Source: Anthoceros angustus (taxonomy: Eukaryota > Plantae > Anthocerotophyta). From it: 64,000 bases of DNA. The notes beneath the pieces were generated by a model. The model was not told the DNA's origin. It searched no databases and saw nothing but the letters and a program-made list of their open reading frames with translations. Positions within the stretch are counted from its first letter, which is position 1, and every line of letters begins with the position of its first letter. The DNA lies in contig MU008188.1 of assembly GCA_010909165.1 (NCBI GenBank), forward strand, positions 1 to 64,000. The letters run 5' to 3'. Shown piece by piece: positions 37,400 through 51,400 of the stretch. Position numbers and translations under genes: made by a program.

Positions 37400-39900
37400 C
37401 ATCTCTTCTGCTGGTCGCATCAGCATCGCCACCCCTTCATCTCTATGCTCCCTAGTCTCATGACTAGCCCTAGATCACGCTCTAGTAGCGACCTCCTCAC
37501 CTTGCTGCGGTTTCTTGGCAGCAATTTACGCGATCGACCAAGAATCGGTCGATGCTCCTCCTTACAATTCCAAGCACACCTTGAGGTGTGATTTCTCCAC
37601 AATCCTCCTTCATACATGGCACCATAGAGCCGTCCTCGCTCCTAGGCTCCAGTGCACACACCTTCTCAGCACACCATTTTTGTGTGCCACCTCTCCTTCC
37701 TCCAAATTGCAATTTCTTGTAATCTCTCATCGCTCCTTGCCACCATCATGGCCTCCACTTGCAGCCCTCATTGCTCACCCTTAGAGAGACTCCTCGTTCT
37801 CCTTGTACACATGTTGCCACTTCTTTGCTTCATCTCGAACTCTTAGATTGACCTCCTGCGGCAAACCACACAAACCCCTTCCATGGACACTTGGCCCTTC
37901 TACTTGCAACACCTCTTGCTGCAGCCAATCACACCTAAACTTTGCCCACGTTCCTCTCCTTCCAAGCATACCACGTTGCCTCTTGCTAGCTCGCCTACCA
38001 GCAGCCCAGACGGCGTTGATCCATTCACAAATCCATTTTCTCCTGCTTTGTCCATCTTGCAGTTTCTTAACTGCGCCCGTTTTGCTCCTCCTCCGACAAC
38101 GTTCTGATTTCTTCCATTCTTGCTGGTCTAGCCTCGTGTCTAGGTCCAGCTCATTTCCCATGGCGACCTCCTCGCCTTGCTGCACCTCCATGGTGAATTT
38201 TGAGTGATTGCCCGGATCGCCAACTCTCCCTACGGTTTGCTCAAACTTTTCTTGAAGCGCATCTCCTTCTTCGCCCCCTGGCGTGCCCACCTCCCTAGGG
38301 GCGTCTCCTCCTCGCGGCCCCATGGCGCCTGGCTTCTGACCTCGCCGAGTGGGGGCCTTCCTGTCGCTCAAAAACGGTGCTCTCATGTCCGTTTTCGCTG
38401 CTTCCTTTTGCCAACGTGTGGCCTCCACTTGCAGCCCTCCTGACTGCTCACCCTTGAGGAGAATTCCAGCCTCCTCCTTGCGCCCATGCTGGCGCCCTCT
38501 TATCCTCTCTCGGATTTCCAGATTGTCCTGCTGCAGCTTTTCCTGCACAACGCTCCCTTCTTGCTCATTTGGCCTCTCTGCTGGCAACAAGACTTGCTGA
38601 TCAATTCTTAGGCCGTCTACAACAGGCTCACGTCCTCCCCCTTCGACCCAGGCTGCGGCGACCAACTCCTCGTCAGGAAATCGGTCATCCGGCCGTTTTC
38701 CGTTTTCATCGAAATAAGACCTTCATTCACATGTTGCTCCCGCTCTTCAACTCTACCATCTCCTCTACACCTAGGTACTTAGAAATCCTTGCTATCTTAC
38801 GGACTCTGGCTCTCGTCTTCTATAGCATCATACATTCCTCCGAACTTCCGAACTTTTATCGGAAAAGGTCACTCCTTGGACGTGGTGGTACTCTCTTGAA
38901 GTAACCATAAATCCCTCTACATAATCATACAAAGACTCCCCCTCTTCCTTGAGTGCTCCACGGCTAGCGTATGATGTGCATAGCTCGCATAATCGTTTCA
39001 AAACTACAATTCCCATATAATCCCAATGCGGTGGTGCAGCCCATCGCTATATGCTCTATGACCTAAGCACTCTAGGAAAATTTGGAGACAATTTGCTTTG
39101 AGGCTTCCAAATTCGCATCGTCACATGTTCAAAAGTTTCCACAAAGCCTCGGCATCTTCATCCTTGTTGCTTCTCCCCAAATCTCACATCTTCTTTGGCG
39201 GTATGGGGTGACTCCCACCACCTCCCTCCACTCATGGTCGAGGCGTCCACAAAATTGTGGGCACCTCCCAAGAAACTCCCGCATCTTGGCAATAACAAAT
39301 GCTTGCAAGCGGGATGTCTTGTACAGACTTGGGCACACAAGCGCCTTGTCCTCCTAGCAATCGGGGTTGAAAGGGCAGCAAGTTGGGCAATAATTCGAAC
39401 AAGACCTTGTGAGCTCGGCCATTAGATCTCGTACAACTTCTCCAGCCAAATCTCACCCTCTTGCCTTCCTCCTCTTGACACCAACTCGAGCTAGAAGAGC
39501 TCAACAATCCACGAAAAGTCCTCCTCTTGCGAGCGGAATGTACTTGAAATTACTAACCAGCTCGGTTCTTGACCCTCACCCTTAATCGAACTCCTCGGTA
39601 ACAACCTCCTTCCTCTCATTGTCCGTGAGCACAACCTGCTCACCCAACTACCTCTTCTTCCTCAAGGAACCCACAAGATGTTAGCACATGTAGCTTCCTC
39701 CTCTTCCTCCTCTTCCTTTGCACATTGTGCAGCGGCAACTAAACTTTCTTCACACATGATTTCTCCGTTCAGCTCACAAATCCTTTGCAGACAAAGCGGC
39801 GATCTCTCTACACGTAAATTACTTCCTTCCCTCCCCAACTAGACATCTGCAAGCATCCTCATGACCTCCAACCCCGATCGTTAAGAAGGAAGCAAATCAC
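37400..39900 (-). pseudogene. Gypsy-B gag and downstream charged/coiled region (frameshifted)
   Basis: EEGESLYDYVEGF (ORF 38828..39016) is homologous to the Gypsy-A gag. E/K/Q-rich ORF 37781..38665. Position is downstream of the PBS. Confidence 0.65.
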
Positions 39901-40060
39901 ACCCTTAGTGTCTCAACCATTCACCTATGACAACTTAGGCGGTGAAGTTCCTTCTTCACAACATATGGTCAACCCTCGGTCCCTTCTCAAGCATCTCTGA
40001 CCTAGCGATGGAAACCACAAAACTTCAACCTTTCAACAACAATCCCGACAGCGCCAAAAA

Positions 40061-43000
40061 TGTGGTAGGGAGAATCAGGGCACTCCAGGGTCCTCCCACT
40101 ATAGCGGCCACACTTATCCCTTGTCGCCGTGCGTTGGGTTTCGTCCCATGAGACTTGTGTGAAAGTTCGAGGGGCCTTGTGGTCACCAATCGCTGCACAC
40201 TCTCGCCTTCTCAACAAGCAAGGCTCTCCCTCTCACAGCGGTGCACACTTGCCTTGAAAATCGCCAACCCTTGACCCCTGGAACAGCTGCGGTCACCCTG
40301 AGAGCTATCACAGGCGCCCGAGACGTTCACACGATTTCGTCCCTACTTCTAAGACCAAACTTGACCTACGACACAACATTGCAGGTCACCTCGTGACAAG
40401 AGCCTACAGGCGCCAGGGACCCCTGGTTCACACCGCGATTTCGTCCCTACTTCTAAGACCTACTCTTCTCCACTCGGGAGGCGCTCGTTTACTTGCAGTT
40501 GGGATTCGTCCCTTAGGCTGCTGTGGCCTTCCACTAACACCTACACCTCTAATCCTCTACTCATCTTCTCATCTCCTCATCCTCTTCCTCCTAGTCTAAC
40601 CTCGATTCGGGCTTCTTGGTTTCGACTCGCCCTTACAGCTGGCGCACAGGGTCCGCCTCCACCAGCAAGTTCTTCCTTGGGCGGTTGCTATGAGTTTGAC
40701 ACAGGCGAGAACCTCCAGTCTTTCCTGTAGTCTACCCTCAAGCCGAGAGTTCTGGGCATTTGCCACACACCCAAAGCAAAGCAATTTCACAGCAACCATT
40801 CACAAGGGAGCAACTCGTTTAGGCACTTGCGGCGAGCAAGTCCTCCACCAAGCACTCACCACGCGACTTCCTCTCTACCGATGTGTTGGCTCACGGCACA
40901 CGAAATTCCTCTGTAATGGCAAAGGACTCGATGGCGTGGGCGCAAGACATGATACTTTACTTTGTGAAATCCTCCTCCTCTTATAGGAGGCCTTCCACAT
41001 ACAACCTCCCTTGGGTGACCCTCTGCAGTCACCTTTTCCAATATTCTATTCTACCGCCATTTAAGGCACTGGCATCTAAGTCTCGATCCTAGGTAAATTC
41101 TATTCTAGCAACTTCACCTATGGCCACTCTTTAATGTTGCCAACCTACACCACCTATCCTTCCCATTCCCCAAAGCTCATTTATGGTCATTGACAATTCT
41201 CGGTCCTTATCTTGCTGGGGTGGCAGGTTTCCCTCGTTGGTCTTCTCATCCCCTTTTCTTTGCTGGTCTTCCCTTTTTTGCTGGTCTTCCCGACCTCGAC
41301 TCCTCATGACTTTTGGGGCAAGTACCCCTTGACCTTTGCAAGTACCTTCCTTCTTCACCTTTCTGGGCGGCGCCCGATTCCTCTTGCCATCCCAATCGCC
41401 GCGCTTTCGAATGGCCCATCTTCTAGCCTCCCACGCGGCGCTCCTTCAAAGGGCACCCTACGCGGTAGTGCGGACTACCGTGGTAGGGTGACTACCTACC
41501 ATGGTAGTCTGGTCCCTATCTCCTTCCCTCTTCCTCATCGGTGATGGTCCACAGGGTTGAGATCCTTTTGCTCCTTCCTGTTGTTTGATTTGTCCATACC
41601 TATCATGGAGCATGTCTTCAAAGGTTCCTCCCCATTTCTTGACCGATGTTGTCACCTCGCTAATTCCTCCGGGCCTTCTTTGCGTTGGTCTCCTCTCGCC
41701 TGGCTCCTCCTTATCCGTGGGGTGAGGGAATTTCTTACCCTTCTCCCCTTCACGGGCCATACCCTTTGGTCTCCTCCGTGGCATTGCTCCTCAACCACCT
41801 TATCATCTATCTTAGGGGCATGTTCGGATCCCCCTTCCATCCTCAATCGGGCCTTGGTGGCTGGCTCCCCTCAGTCCTCGCCCGTGAGTGCCTTCTGTAG
41901 CAGACTACGCGTGAGTGGCACCTGTGATGGCGGACTACCGTGGTAGGGTGGTCACTCACCGTGGTAGGGTGACCCCTACCCTTCTGCGCCATCTCCTTCC
42001 TTTGGCCGAGGACTCATCCTCCTCTCCTTCACTTGTGGAACAAGTGACCTCCTTCTGCACTTATGTTGGTAGGTTGAGCTCCTCTTTGTGATTTTCATTC
42101 TCCTAGGGAGACAACCTCCTCCTTAACATCTCTCCAAAGTACTTGCCTCCCCTACCATCGCTCCCCTCAATAGCACTTGCATCCATTGCCTCCTTCGACC
42201 TCCACGGTAGGCTGCACCCTCTGTGAGGCTGCCTCCCTGGTAGGTGGGCTGCCTCCCCACCGTAGGTTGCCTTCTTCCCTCCTGTTTCCTTATGGCACTA
42301 TGGGCTCCTCTCGCCATTTCTTCTCCAAACTCCTCGGAGTCCATATCGCTTGTGACCTCATCAAAATCTAAGGCCCCGGCTTAATGCACGAGGGCCTCCC
42401 TATCATCATCGTGTGGCCCAAGCATCCTCCTCTTCACAATTATTGTAGGCCTCCACACACCATGCCATCGCCCAATATTTTTGGCAATGGGTTTACACTC
42501 CAAACTACCACCATGCGCTTCATGAGTTGGGGTTTCTTGGCCTTGAAACCCTTCACGGCATCCACACTGGCTTCCTCAAACAGCCTCATCCTTGCGCTTG
42601 GCTCTTAGCAATCCCATGAGGAGAACAAACACCAAGCTAAGCACCAAGAACACTAAGGACATCCCTCTCTTATAGAAATTCACTCTCAAAACCAAGGCAC
42701 ACCAAGACCCAAGAAATTGGTGCCACAAGAAAGAGAACACCAAGAGGAGATGGCGGCATCACTCTTAAGAAGGCACACACACAGGCGAGGCGCACACAAG
42801 CTCTAGCTCACTCCCTCTGCACTTTTAGGCGCTCAGTCTTCTCATCGACAATTATAGCAGAGCTCCTAAATTGCAGCCATAGATTTGAGTGGTTCTTTTG
42901 CAAGCATGTGGCCATATCCCATCCATTATTTAGCACAGCCAGCCATAACCTCTAATTTCTATCGTAGCCATCAATCCCCACCATGAATCTAAGGATCCTT

Positions 43001-45227
43001 TCCATCCATCTTGCACAAATTCAAGACCCTAGTTGGTTTGCACCAAGAAGGCTCTTAAGTCATCAATCCTTCAGCTCTTGTGCAAGAGCAACATTCCTGC
43101 ATCTCCTTGGCCCTAGGCGCTCCCATAGAGACCATCCTACCATCAAAACCCAAGGAAAAAGCTCAATCCTCAGCCTCCAAAATCTGCGTGCAGCAACTCC
43201 CTACTAAGAACTTTCCCAATCGCTCCCTTGTGTCTTTTGCAAATATAAGCTCATACTCCTCACACAAAAGGCACCCCATCCTGTCTTGATCCGCCCAAGG
43301 ACGCTTAACTCTAGTTCTTATATATATCCATATCCAACACACCAAGTTCCTTGTGCATATCTTGCCATACATTTTGGTGTTTCATTATTGAACTCCTCAC
43401 CAAGCTCCATTCTCCACATTTCTCCTTAGCGAACTCCTTGACCAACTCTCGAATCAGCCTACCTTGCTGCCCAATTCTCCTCGCGGACACCACGACCTCC
43501 CTTCACACCTACTTGCAGCCCAAGCTGCAATTTTGCCTTCATGATGCACACCCCATTGCGATTCCTTCACCATATTGCAGCCCATCGCAATACTACCTTC
43601 TGTGTGCCACCTCCATCTTCTTGCTGTAAATTCAGCTTATGGCCTCTCCTAGTTCGACACGGCCCTATCATGCCATCCTCACATCATTACTCCACCGCAA
43701 GTACTTCCACATGCTTCGCCGCCATGGCCTCCTCTTGCAAATGACTAGCATTGGTGCACCATAACTCAGCTCTCTTCTCTCTTCTTCATCCTTCGCCTTG
43801 TGGCCTTCACCCTGCTGCAACATGTGCTAGGCACTCTCCAATTCCCCTTCCTGCTGCCGTAGGCTGCCTACCTACCAACGTAGGCTGCCTACCTACCTGG
43901 TCTTTGGGTACCCAGGCTATAGTGGGTACCCCACTCACCCTTGTACGTGTTGTTCCTATCACGGTAGGGTGTGCACCTACCATGGTAGGCGTCTCCCTAT
44001 ACACCATTTGGCCCTATCCGGCCTGCATCTCTTGAGCTCCTCTCTGGGGCTCGCTCATGGAGGTTTCCTCCTCCTCCGGCAGCAACCCCTCGGGTTCTAC
44101 CTTCCTCCTCTTCCTTAAGTCCTCCAGCCTTGATCTTTTGCTGTGATGCTTGTCCTCCAGTGTCTTCTTCAACATAAAAGGCAATGGTCTTTCCATGCTT
44201 GGCACAGATGGACAATCTCGAATGGATGCCAAGAACCTTCCAGCTCCTTGCAATTTCCACACACACAGCCTTGACCTCGCCCTTGCTCACAATTCCCCTA
44301 GCTCTTATACCCTTGCTTTTCCCACGAGTTTCCAATTCTGTGATTTGAAGAAGGAATTCTCTAAGGTTCACGGATTCTTACATCTTCTCTAGCAAGTTGA
44401 GAGTCCCTTCTCCATAATTTCTCTTCAATTTTGACATGCCTTGCTCTTCCCAACACTCCTTTGGGCTTGGGCAAGCATTGCCTTCTTCCTTCCACCCGGC
44501 CCTTCCTTCCTTCTTCTTCTCTTGTTGCACCCTACTTGTCTTGCCTATTTTCCTCTTCTGCCTAGCTTGCGCCTCTTCTCTATCCTGCAGGCGCATCGCA
44601 ATCTTGTGTGGGGCTCTTCTGACTCTTGGTGTGGCCTTCTTCTGCGGTGTTGGCGCTTCCTCACCTTCAAGTTGTGACCTCCTACACACATGCGTGATTA
44701 TAAAGATAACTTGGGGTTAGGAATGGTAACTACCAATCTACTTCCCTTGGATATGCACCACGTGGCACCTTTCTCTGATTGATTGGAGTTTCCCAATTCC
44801 TCTTATACTAAGATACTATTTCCCCTAGTTTCCTAACGGCCCAATCTAGCTTTTAATTTCCTATTCGACCCATTTATCTAGTCCACTATTGGTGGGCATA
44901 TATAGTGGATATCTCCCTATCCTAATTTCCCTTTTGTCGAGATCTTACCTACCGGTAGTCGCCTTCCTCACCTACGAGTGTGGCACCCTCGGTAGTCGCG
45001 GACTACCGCCCTTTCGGACTGCCATTACGCCTTGCACGGGGTCGTTTTGACCCGTTCTTCTTCCCTCGGATATCCTCTTCGCCTTCCTAACAATATCCTA
45101 CAACTCCGGCCTTCAAGATTCTCGAAAATTTCGCATGCTCCTCTTCAATCGTTCCTAGCCAAAAAAAATCAAACTTGTTTGCCTCTTGGGCTCTTTTGGG
45201 CTGGTTGCCCAAACTTTATGCTCCACA
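40061..45227 (-). repeat. Gypsy-B 5' LTR (about 5.17 kb)
   Basis: Direct repeat of 31121-36274, with the PBS adjacent at 40043-40056. Confidence 0.88.
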
Positions 45228-46199
45228 CCGCTCACCATAGTAAGTAAAGTTTCCATCATGTCCTCCATCTCCACGATTCATCCGAACATCATAATTTTAG
45301 TGGTTGGACATATATAGACTTGAGTGCAGGATCGCCCACACCGTCACCATCTGTAACCACTCTTCTTCTGCAGTAAGGTGGCACAGCCAGTTGTATTCTC
45401 GCCTTGAAGTCCTCAGCACTAACCTTATCAAGTCCTTGTTGGTGTCTCAGTCCTAGTCTTCCGTAGTTGGAAGGAATGAGGTCTTTGAGCAGGATGTAGA
45501 GACTTCCTTAGGTCAGCAATGTGTGTTCTCTCTCCACAGCCTTAGCTTTGCCTAGCAACCCTTACCGATTTGGCGCCGCCTGCCCTCTGCCACTCTCCAA
45601 GCGGGTTCGCCTTGAGATGGATAGATCAATGCATCCCAGACAGTGCAGATCTGTCTCATCGCTGCACTCCGGATGATTCTCTGTGTTGAGTGAAGAACGA
45701 GGCGTCTGCGGGCGCTTCGATGCGGCAACTGTCCACTCAGTGCTGCCGGATGTCAAGTCTATGGGAGGCGGGCTGAGCCTACCATTTCGGGTGAGGAATT
45801 AAAAGGCATATGCGTTGGCGTTGATCCAGAGGCATCACGACAGGTCCTTAGCTTATGTGAAGTTTGCATTTCTCGTGGTTATGATCGTATATCCAATGAG
45901 AGGGTGTTGAATAATTATAATCGTTAGTAAAACTACATTGAATATACCTAGGGCACTCTTGGTAAACCCTAGAGGTTAGTTAGTTATAGCAACCGTTTTC
46001 ACGGACATGCATATGTCTCTTGTTTTTCCCTTTTGCTAATACACAATTGCTTTCATTGGCGACACTTGTCTCGATGCTGCTGTGAACCTATAAACGGAAC
46101 ATAAGCGTTGGGATGGAAAGTCCTTCATCCTTGATCACTACGCAGTACTTCTGTCTTGTCATGCAATAAAACCCGATGACTTTTGTCTTATACGCTGCG

Positions 46200-48100
46200 G
46201 AATGGGCGGGTATGGTTTGCGTCCATACTTTGACCCGATATGACAAGTCACTGCCAGACACCACGCTTCTCCTCCTCGGTGCCCCACGGGCGGCCCGGCG
46301 CAGGAGGAGGCGGCCACCGACGGAGTTGGCGGCTCCACCGGCAGCCGATCAGCGACGATAATGGCAGATGCCCCGGCGGACTTATCGGGAACCGAAGATA
46401 AGGAAAACGCGCGCCGCTGCCAACGTAGCACCCCGCGCGTGCCCTTCCGCCAGCGGAGTGGCAAGGCGGAGGAGGCGGTCTGAGGGGCGGAAAGGCCCGC
46501 CCAGAGCGGAGGCCACTGCAGTGACCACACCTGCCCTTGTCCGACCGGGAGGCAACGGGCCTCCGGACCCTTCACCACCTCCGAGCCCCAAGGAGAAGGC
46601 GGAGAAGGAGTTAAGGCCAAGAGGGCTAAGGAAGGAGGCGGACTGAAAAGACTCAGACCTAAGAGGTCTGATTAGTCCCGAGAGCCCGATCGGACTCGCC
46701 CCGGACGTAGTATGGCGATCCTCGACGGGCCAAGAGATGCTGCGCCACTACGGACTTTCTAGGCATCTCCCTCACGCGGCCGTGGAAGAAACGCCGAGTT
46801 TTAGCCACTGTCATGGACGGTATGCTTTGGGGTCTCAGGAACAAATGGAGAAGACCCAAGAGAAGTGGAGGCCACCATGAGGATGGTGGAGCTTCAAGGG
46901 CGTGAGGCGGCCTGTGAGGCGGTAAGGCGTGAGTCCCTCCTGAATCGAGGAGGGAAAACGCGGAGGCGGAGCGAGAGGTCCGACGGTTCAGCAAGACCGG
47001 ACCAAGATCCTTCAGGCTGCGGTCACTGAAGCGCATGGAGGCCCAAGCATATCAAGACCTCTGAAACGGAGGCGTGGCGGAAGGAGGCAGGAGGGTCGAG
47101 GTGCGGAGAACGCAGCGACCGGCCGAGGCGGCTCAGACCTAACACCAAGCCGGCGAGGCTCGTGTGAAGGCGGCATGGAGGCGGAAGTCATGCAAGGTCG
47201 ATCGGATCACTACCGACGTGATCGAACCGTGGAGGGAGACTACGGGGTAGCCAAGCAACTTGAAAGGCCGAACAGTGTGGCATGAGCAAGCACGAGCCGT
47301 GAAGAAGAAATGGAGGCCAGCACCCGGGAAATAGGGGACCTGGTGCGGCAGGAAGCGGAGGAGCGGCGGCAGGAGCTGGAAGGCAGCAAGGACACCCTGG
47401 AGCTGCAACTCCAAGACGCGTCGGAGCAACACGGGATTCTCAACGGGAGAATCCAAGACTTCGAGCAGGAGATAGAGCGCCTCCAGCTTCGCTTGAAGAC
47501 GGAGGAGAATAGGCGGCGGTCCAAGGAGTTGGACGTCGCCAGGCTGAAGAAGGAGCTGGAGGAAGCCAGGAGTCGGGCGGAGATACCGGCCCGCCTGGAG
47601 AAGGAAGTGGCGGACTGCAAGGATGAACGAGGGACGAGCGGAGGAGGAGCAGAGGTCGCTCATTGCGGGAGGCAAAGGGGGAGCTCTGGCCCATGGCCAA
47701 AGAACCGGGTGGAGCTACAATGACGAAGGGAGGAGGAGCACGTTGAGCAGCAGCAAAGGCTGCAGGAGGTGTCGGAGGCCGCCTTGGCGGCATCAAGGGA
47801 GTCTGCCCGGCTATAGTTGGCAAGCCTGGCGACGGAGACGGGCCAGCAGGCCGGACAACACGCCCAGCTGCCGGAGCACCTCTGGAGGAGGGAGTACCGG
47901 GTGCTCCGGGCCCATGTGGAGGAGGCAATTCAACAAGTCGATTCCGACTTTGCCTACTACCACGCAGAGCTCCTCAAGGCTCTAGAGGTCTTGCCACCCT
48001 TAGGTGGGGTGACTTCCGTGACGGGCCAAGGAGGAGGAGGAAGGCCCGAGACAGCCACCTGGGACCTTAGGAGCGCCTGATTTGACGATGTGCAGCAGCA
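46200..48100 (+). pseudogene. Coiled-coil-rich ORF of unknown function in the 3' region of retroelement family D (copy 1), frameshifted
   Basis: Heptad-like ORF 47310..47723 and EEAIQQVDSDFAYYHAELLKALEVLP (47817..48080). A homolog lies at 49900-51350. Confidence 0.6.
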
Positions 48101-48272
48101 GGGGGAGTTGGAGGAGCAGGACGCAGGGGAAGGTCACGAGGTAAGCACCGCACCTTCGCATGGAAGGAAGGGAGGAGGGCCTGGGAGGCCGTGAAGTGGC
48201 ACATCCAGAAACCGAACCACGGAGGGCCTGGGTGAGCCTGATAAGCCCAGAGGGGCGAACCAGCTCGCGAGT

Positions 48273-48520
48273 CGGACTTTGTCCTGGACTGAAGAACGGC
48301 CGGACCCGAGGTCCGGCCTCAAGAAAGTCCGACCCGAGGTCCAGGACTTAGTGACGAGACCGGACCTCGCCTACGCCCGGGGAGAAGACCTGGACCCCAG
48401 GCGGTCCGGACTCGAGGTCCGGACCCGAAAGAAGACCGGACCCGAGGTCCGACTCGAGAGAAGACCGGACCTAGAGGTCCAAACTCCTGAGTCGAGATCT
48501 GGACCTCAAGTCCAGACTCA
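48273..48520. repeat. Short tandem array of the hairpin-capable GGACC-CGA-GGTCC motif; also at 51577-51700 and 63910-64000
   Basis: Repeated ggacccgaggtccggac units spaced about 25-35 bp apart, upstream of the PPT/LTR in all three family D copies. Confidence 0.8.
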
Positions 48521-48613
48521 GTGGCGGAGGAGCCACCAATCACCACTAGAACCATCTCGAGGGTTCATGAACCCGGGCCCGCCAATGAGATAAGAGAGAG
48601 GAGGGGAGGAGGA

Positions 48614-49432
48614 TTTAGTGGTGATCGCCCGTGCCGCCGCCCAGCCCGACAGAGCCCTGGGGATCACGCGATCCGGGTGCGCCCACTGTGGCTAGGCCTT
48701 GGGCCGCCAGCCGCCAAGGCGGAATCGGGGCAACCCACCCCACCACCGACTCGTAGATAGGTGGAATAGTAGGCGATTAGGGCGGCCGCCATCACCGCTA
48801 AAGGTGTAATAAAGACGACCTTGGCGTATAAGAGGGCCGAGGCTGCTCTAGTAAGTATCTTTCTCTTGGTGTTGATGCCGCGTCTTCTTGCCCTTGTGTG
48901 CCTTCTTGCTAGCGTGAGTCCCGAGTCAACGAAAGCGGGCCCGACAACTCGAGAGATCGATCAAGGTCCCGTGATGGACCCTAATGTGGTGGTGGTGTAG
49001 GAAAAGCAGGGACCCTTGCTGAGCAACACCGGGCCTGGACGGACGGAACCACAGGGAGCTGTGAGGAACGTGCAGAGCCCTGGGACGGAGAGGCTGGGCA
49101 GAGCGGAGGAGATCCCATCAGGCATGACCACCGCGATTTTCTCCAAGGATAATGAGTGAAGTGTGAATGGTGAGGAGGAACGGACCAGGAGAAAGTGACT
49201 TAAACTTGGACGATACGGACGAATAGGTCAAACGTTTGGCCACTGGCCTCGTCCGGTGAACGTTACGGTAGAAGTCAAAAGCGATGAATGTGTGTTGAGT
49301 CTCGAAGCGAGTACTACGTGAGTGAGAAACGATTGAAACGCGGGCCAACGGAGCCTATCATTCTCTGGGAGCGGACCTCGGCTACAACCGGGACGGCGCC
49401 TAGGGCCGTCACCGTGAAAGTCTCGCCACACA
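48614..49432 (+). repeat. Family D LTR copy 1
   Basis: Preceded by a polypurine tract (48592-48613), contains a TATAAGAG box (about 48827) and ends in CA. Homologous to 60791-61664 and to inverted 62921-63816. Confidence 0.75.
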
Positions 49433-49499
49433 CCTCAACCTCACAAGGAGGAGAAGAGGGGCGCTCAGGAATGGCCCCCTCACGGGAGGCAGAGCGGGG

Positions 49500-51400
49500 A
49501 GCAGCGAGGCGGAGGCCCGACCTCCTAAGGCCAAACGGCCCGGAGGAAGATGATTGGGAGGATCGACTCCATCGACCTGAACGGGACACCCCGCCGCCCA
49601 GAGGTATGGGAAGATATCCCTGCCTCCCTCCTTCCTGGTTCGGGGCCCGGAGGTGCCGCGCCCGGACAGGGACCCACTGGGGAGGAGCCTACCAGCGCCA
49701 GCAACCCGCCACACCCCCAAAGAACGGAGCCACGCCCTGACAAAGCGAGTCGTCAAGAGGCGGAAGGTGGCTCCTACCAACTAAGCGCCAAGGAGCGCAC
49801 CATTTCCTCGTCCTCTACCTACCTGCAAGGTGGGGAGGCGGAGGAAGCAGAAGGAGAGCGAGAGGACGCCCAAGGTGGGGGGCAGGGCGGCCCAAATTCG
49901 GAGCCGGCCTTCCGGCTGGGAGAGGGAAATTAGCTCCGGACCTCACCGCCACCGAGCCCAAAATGAAGGCGGGCGGAGAAGGAGTTAGCGGCCAAACGGG
50001 CCAAGGAGGTGGAAGGGCCGGATCAGGGGCACTGGGACCTGAGGGTCCCGACTGATCAGTCCGAGAGAGCCAAGTGGGACTCACCCGGACCTGTGATCCT
50101 TAACGAGATTCCCGCACCCACGACGGACTTCTTGGGTGCCTCACACCGTGGCCGTGGAAGAGACAGGCGGTCCCTGCAACCGCCATGGGCAGGATGCCTG
50201 GGGTCTCTGGGACGGCAGAGAAGACCAGGAGTGGAGGTAACCTTGAGGCGCATGGTGCTCCTGTGAGGAGGCGGCCCGGAGGCAGCTAAGAAGACCCTCG
50301 CAATCGAGGAGGAAAGCGTCGAGAAGTAGCGGAGGTCCGGGTCTATTCAGCAAGACCCGGACCAAGTCCTTCAGCGAACTGGTAGGCAGTGAGGCCCAAG
50401 CCCGGTGGCAGGACCTCTGCAGCTGGGAAGCGCGCAGGGGCAGTTGGAGGAAGCCCGAGGACAAAGCAGTGGCCGAGACCTGCCCATGGGGCCTACAGAA
50501 CAACACCAAGCCGGCTGTGTGAAGGCGGGCGCGGAGGCGGAGGCTGCAGCTAAACCGATCAGTGATCATTACAGGATCGAAACTGTGGAGGGAGAGCCAG
50601 GATAGCATGGCTAACTGGCATGAAAGGAGGCATGGAGCGAGAGCCACCGTCACGGAAGAGAGGCCAGCAACAAGGAGATGGAGGATCTGCCTCGATGCGT
50701 GGAGCGGAGGACGGCGCGGAGATGGAAGACCGCAAGAGACCTTGCGGCTCCAAGACACTGTCAGCGGGCGAGCTCTTGGGCGTGATCGGCGATCACGGCG
50801 GAGATAGAGCGACTCACTCTAGCTGGAGGGCGGAGGAGGTAAGGCGATGGAACAAGGAGCAGGCGTCGCCGTAATGGAGAAGAACACAGGCGAGGCAAGG
50901 AACCGGGCAGAGTTCTTGACCGGACCGGAGGGAGATGGCGGAGCTCGGGCCGAGATGAGCGGAGAGCAAGGGCCTTGGGCGAAAAAGAAGCTGCTAGTCC
51001 GAGTTGAGGAAGGCGGAGGGGGCCATGCGGGGAAGCCGGGCGGCTGAGGACGGGCCGGGGCGGAGCGGCACGGCGGCTGGTGGAAATTGAGGCCTCTCCT
51101 GCCTCGCAAGATCTGCCCGCCCCAGCGAAACCCGGCAGAGGGGCAGGCCAACAAGCTTCGGATAGCACGCCATTGCCGGGAGCACCTATAGAGAGATCGA
51201 GTGCTCGGCGCATGTGGAAGAGGCAATCCAGAAATCGACTCGATTTTGCCTACTACCACGGCTGGCTCCTCAAGGCATTGAAGCTTCTCAAACCCGCCAT
51301 AACCGGACGGACCTCGAAGGGTCGAAGGAGTGGAAGGAGAAGAAGGGCATGGGGACAAAGACTAGGGCCTTGGTGGCCTTGTCTTGAGTGCGCAGTGGAG
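49500..51400 (+). pseudogene. Family D coiled-coil ORF (copy 2), frameshifted
   Basis: DFAYYHGWLLKALKLLKP (ORF 51080..51589) and DNA similarity to 46540-48050. Confidence 0.55.

Larger units (their letters stand above)
31121..45227 (-). mobile_element. Athila/Tat-like Ty3/Gypsy element (Gypsy-B), about 14.1 kb, apparently non-autonomous
   Basis: Two TG...CA direct repeats of about 5.15 kb, a degenerate tRNA-Asp PBS (40043-40056) and PPT GAGGTGGGGAG (36277-36287). The 3.8 kb interior has gag and integrase but no recognisable PR, RT or RH. TSD not evident (gatgc vs ccgct). Confidence 0.88.
26270..46101 (+). mobile_element. Ty1/Copia LTR retrotransposon (Copia-3), with Gypsy-B nested in its 3' region
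   Basis: LTR-like direct repeats at about 26270-26403 and 45905-46101 (ccctagaggttagttagttat...ggacatgcatatgtctct). Degenerate PBS tggtatc at 26404 and PPT gagaggg before 45905. Pol motifs lie at 27750-30800. Confidence 0.8.

Noticed and set aside
31116-45232. Target-site duplication for Gypsy-B
   Set aside because: The flanks gatgc and ccgct do not match, so no TSD can be claimed at this error rate.
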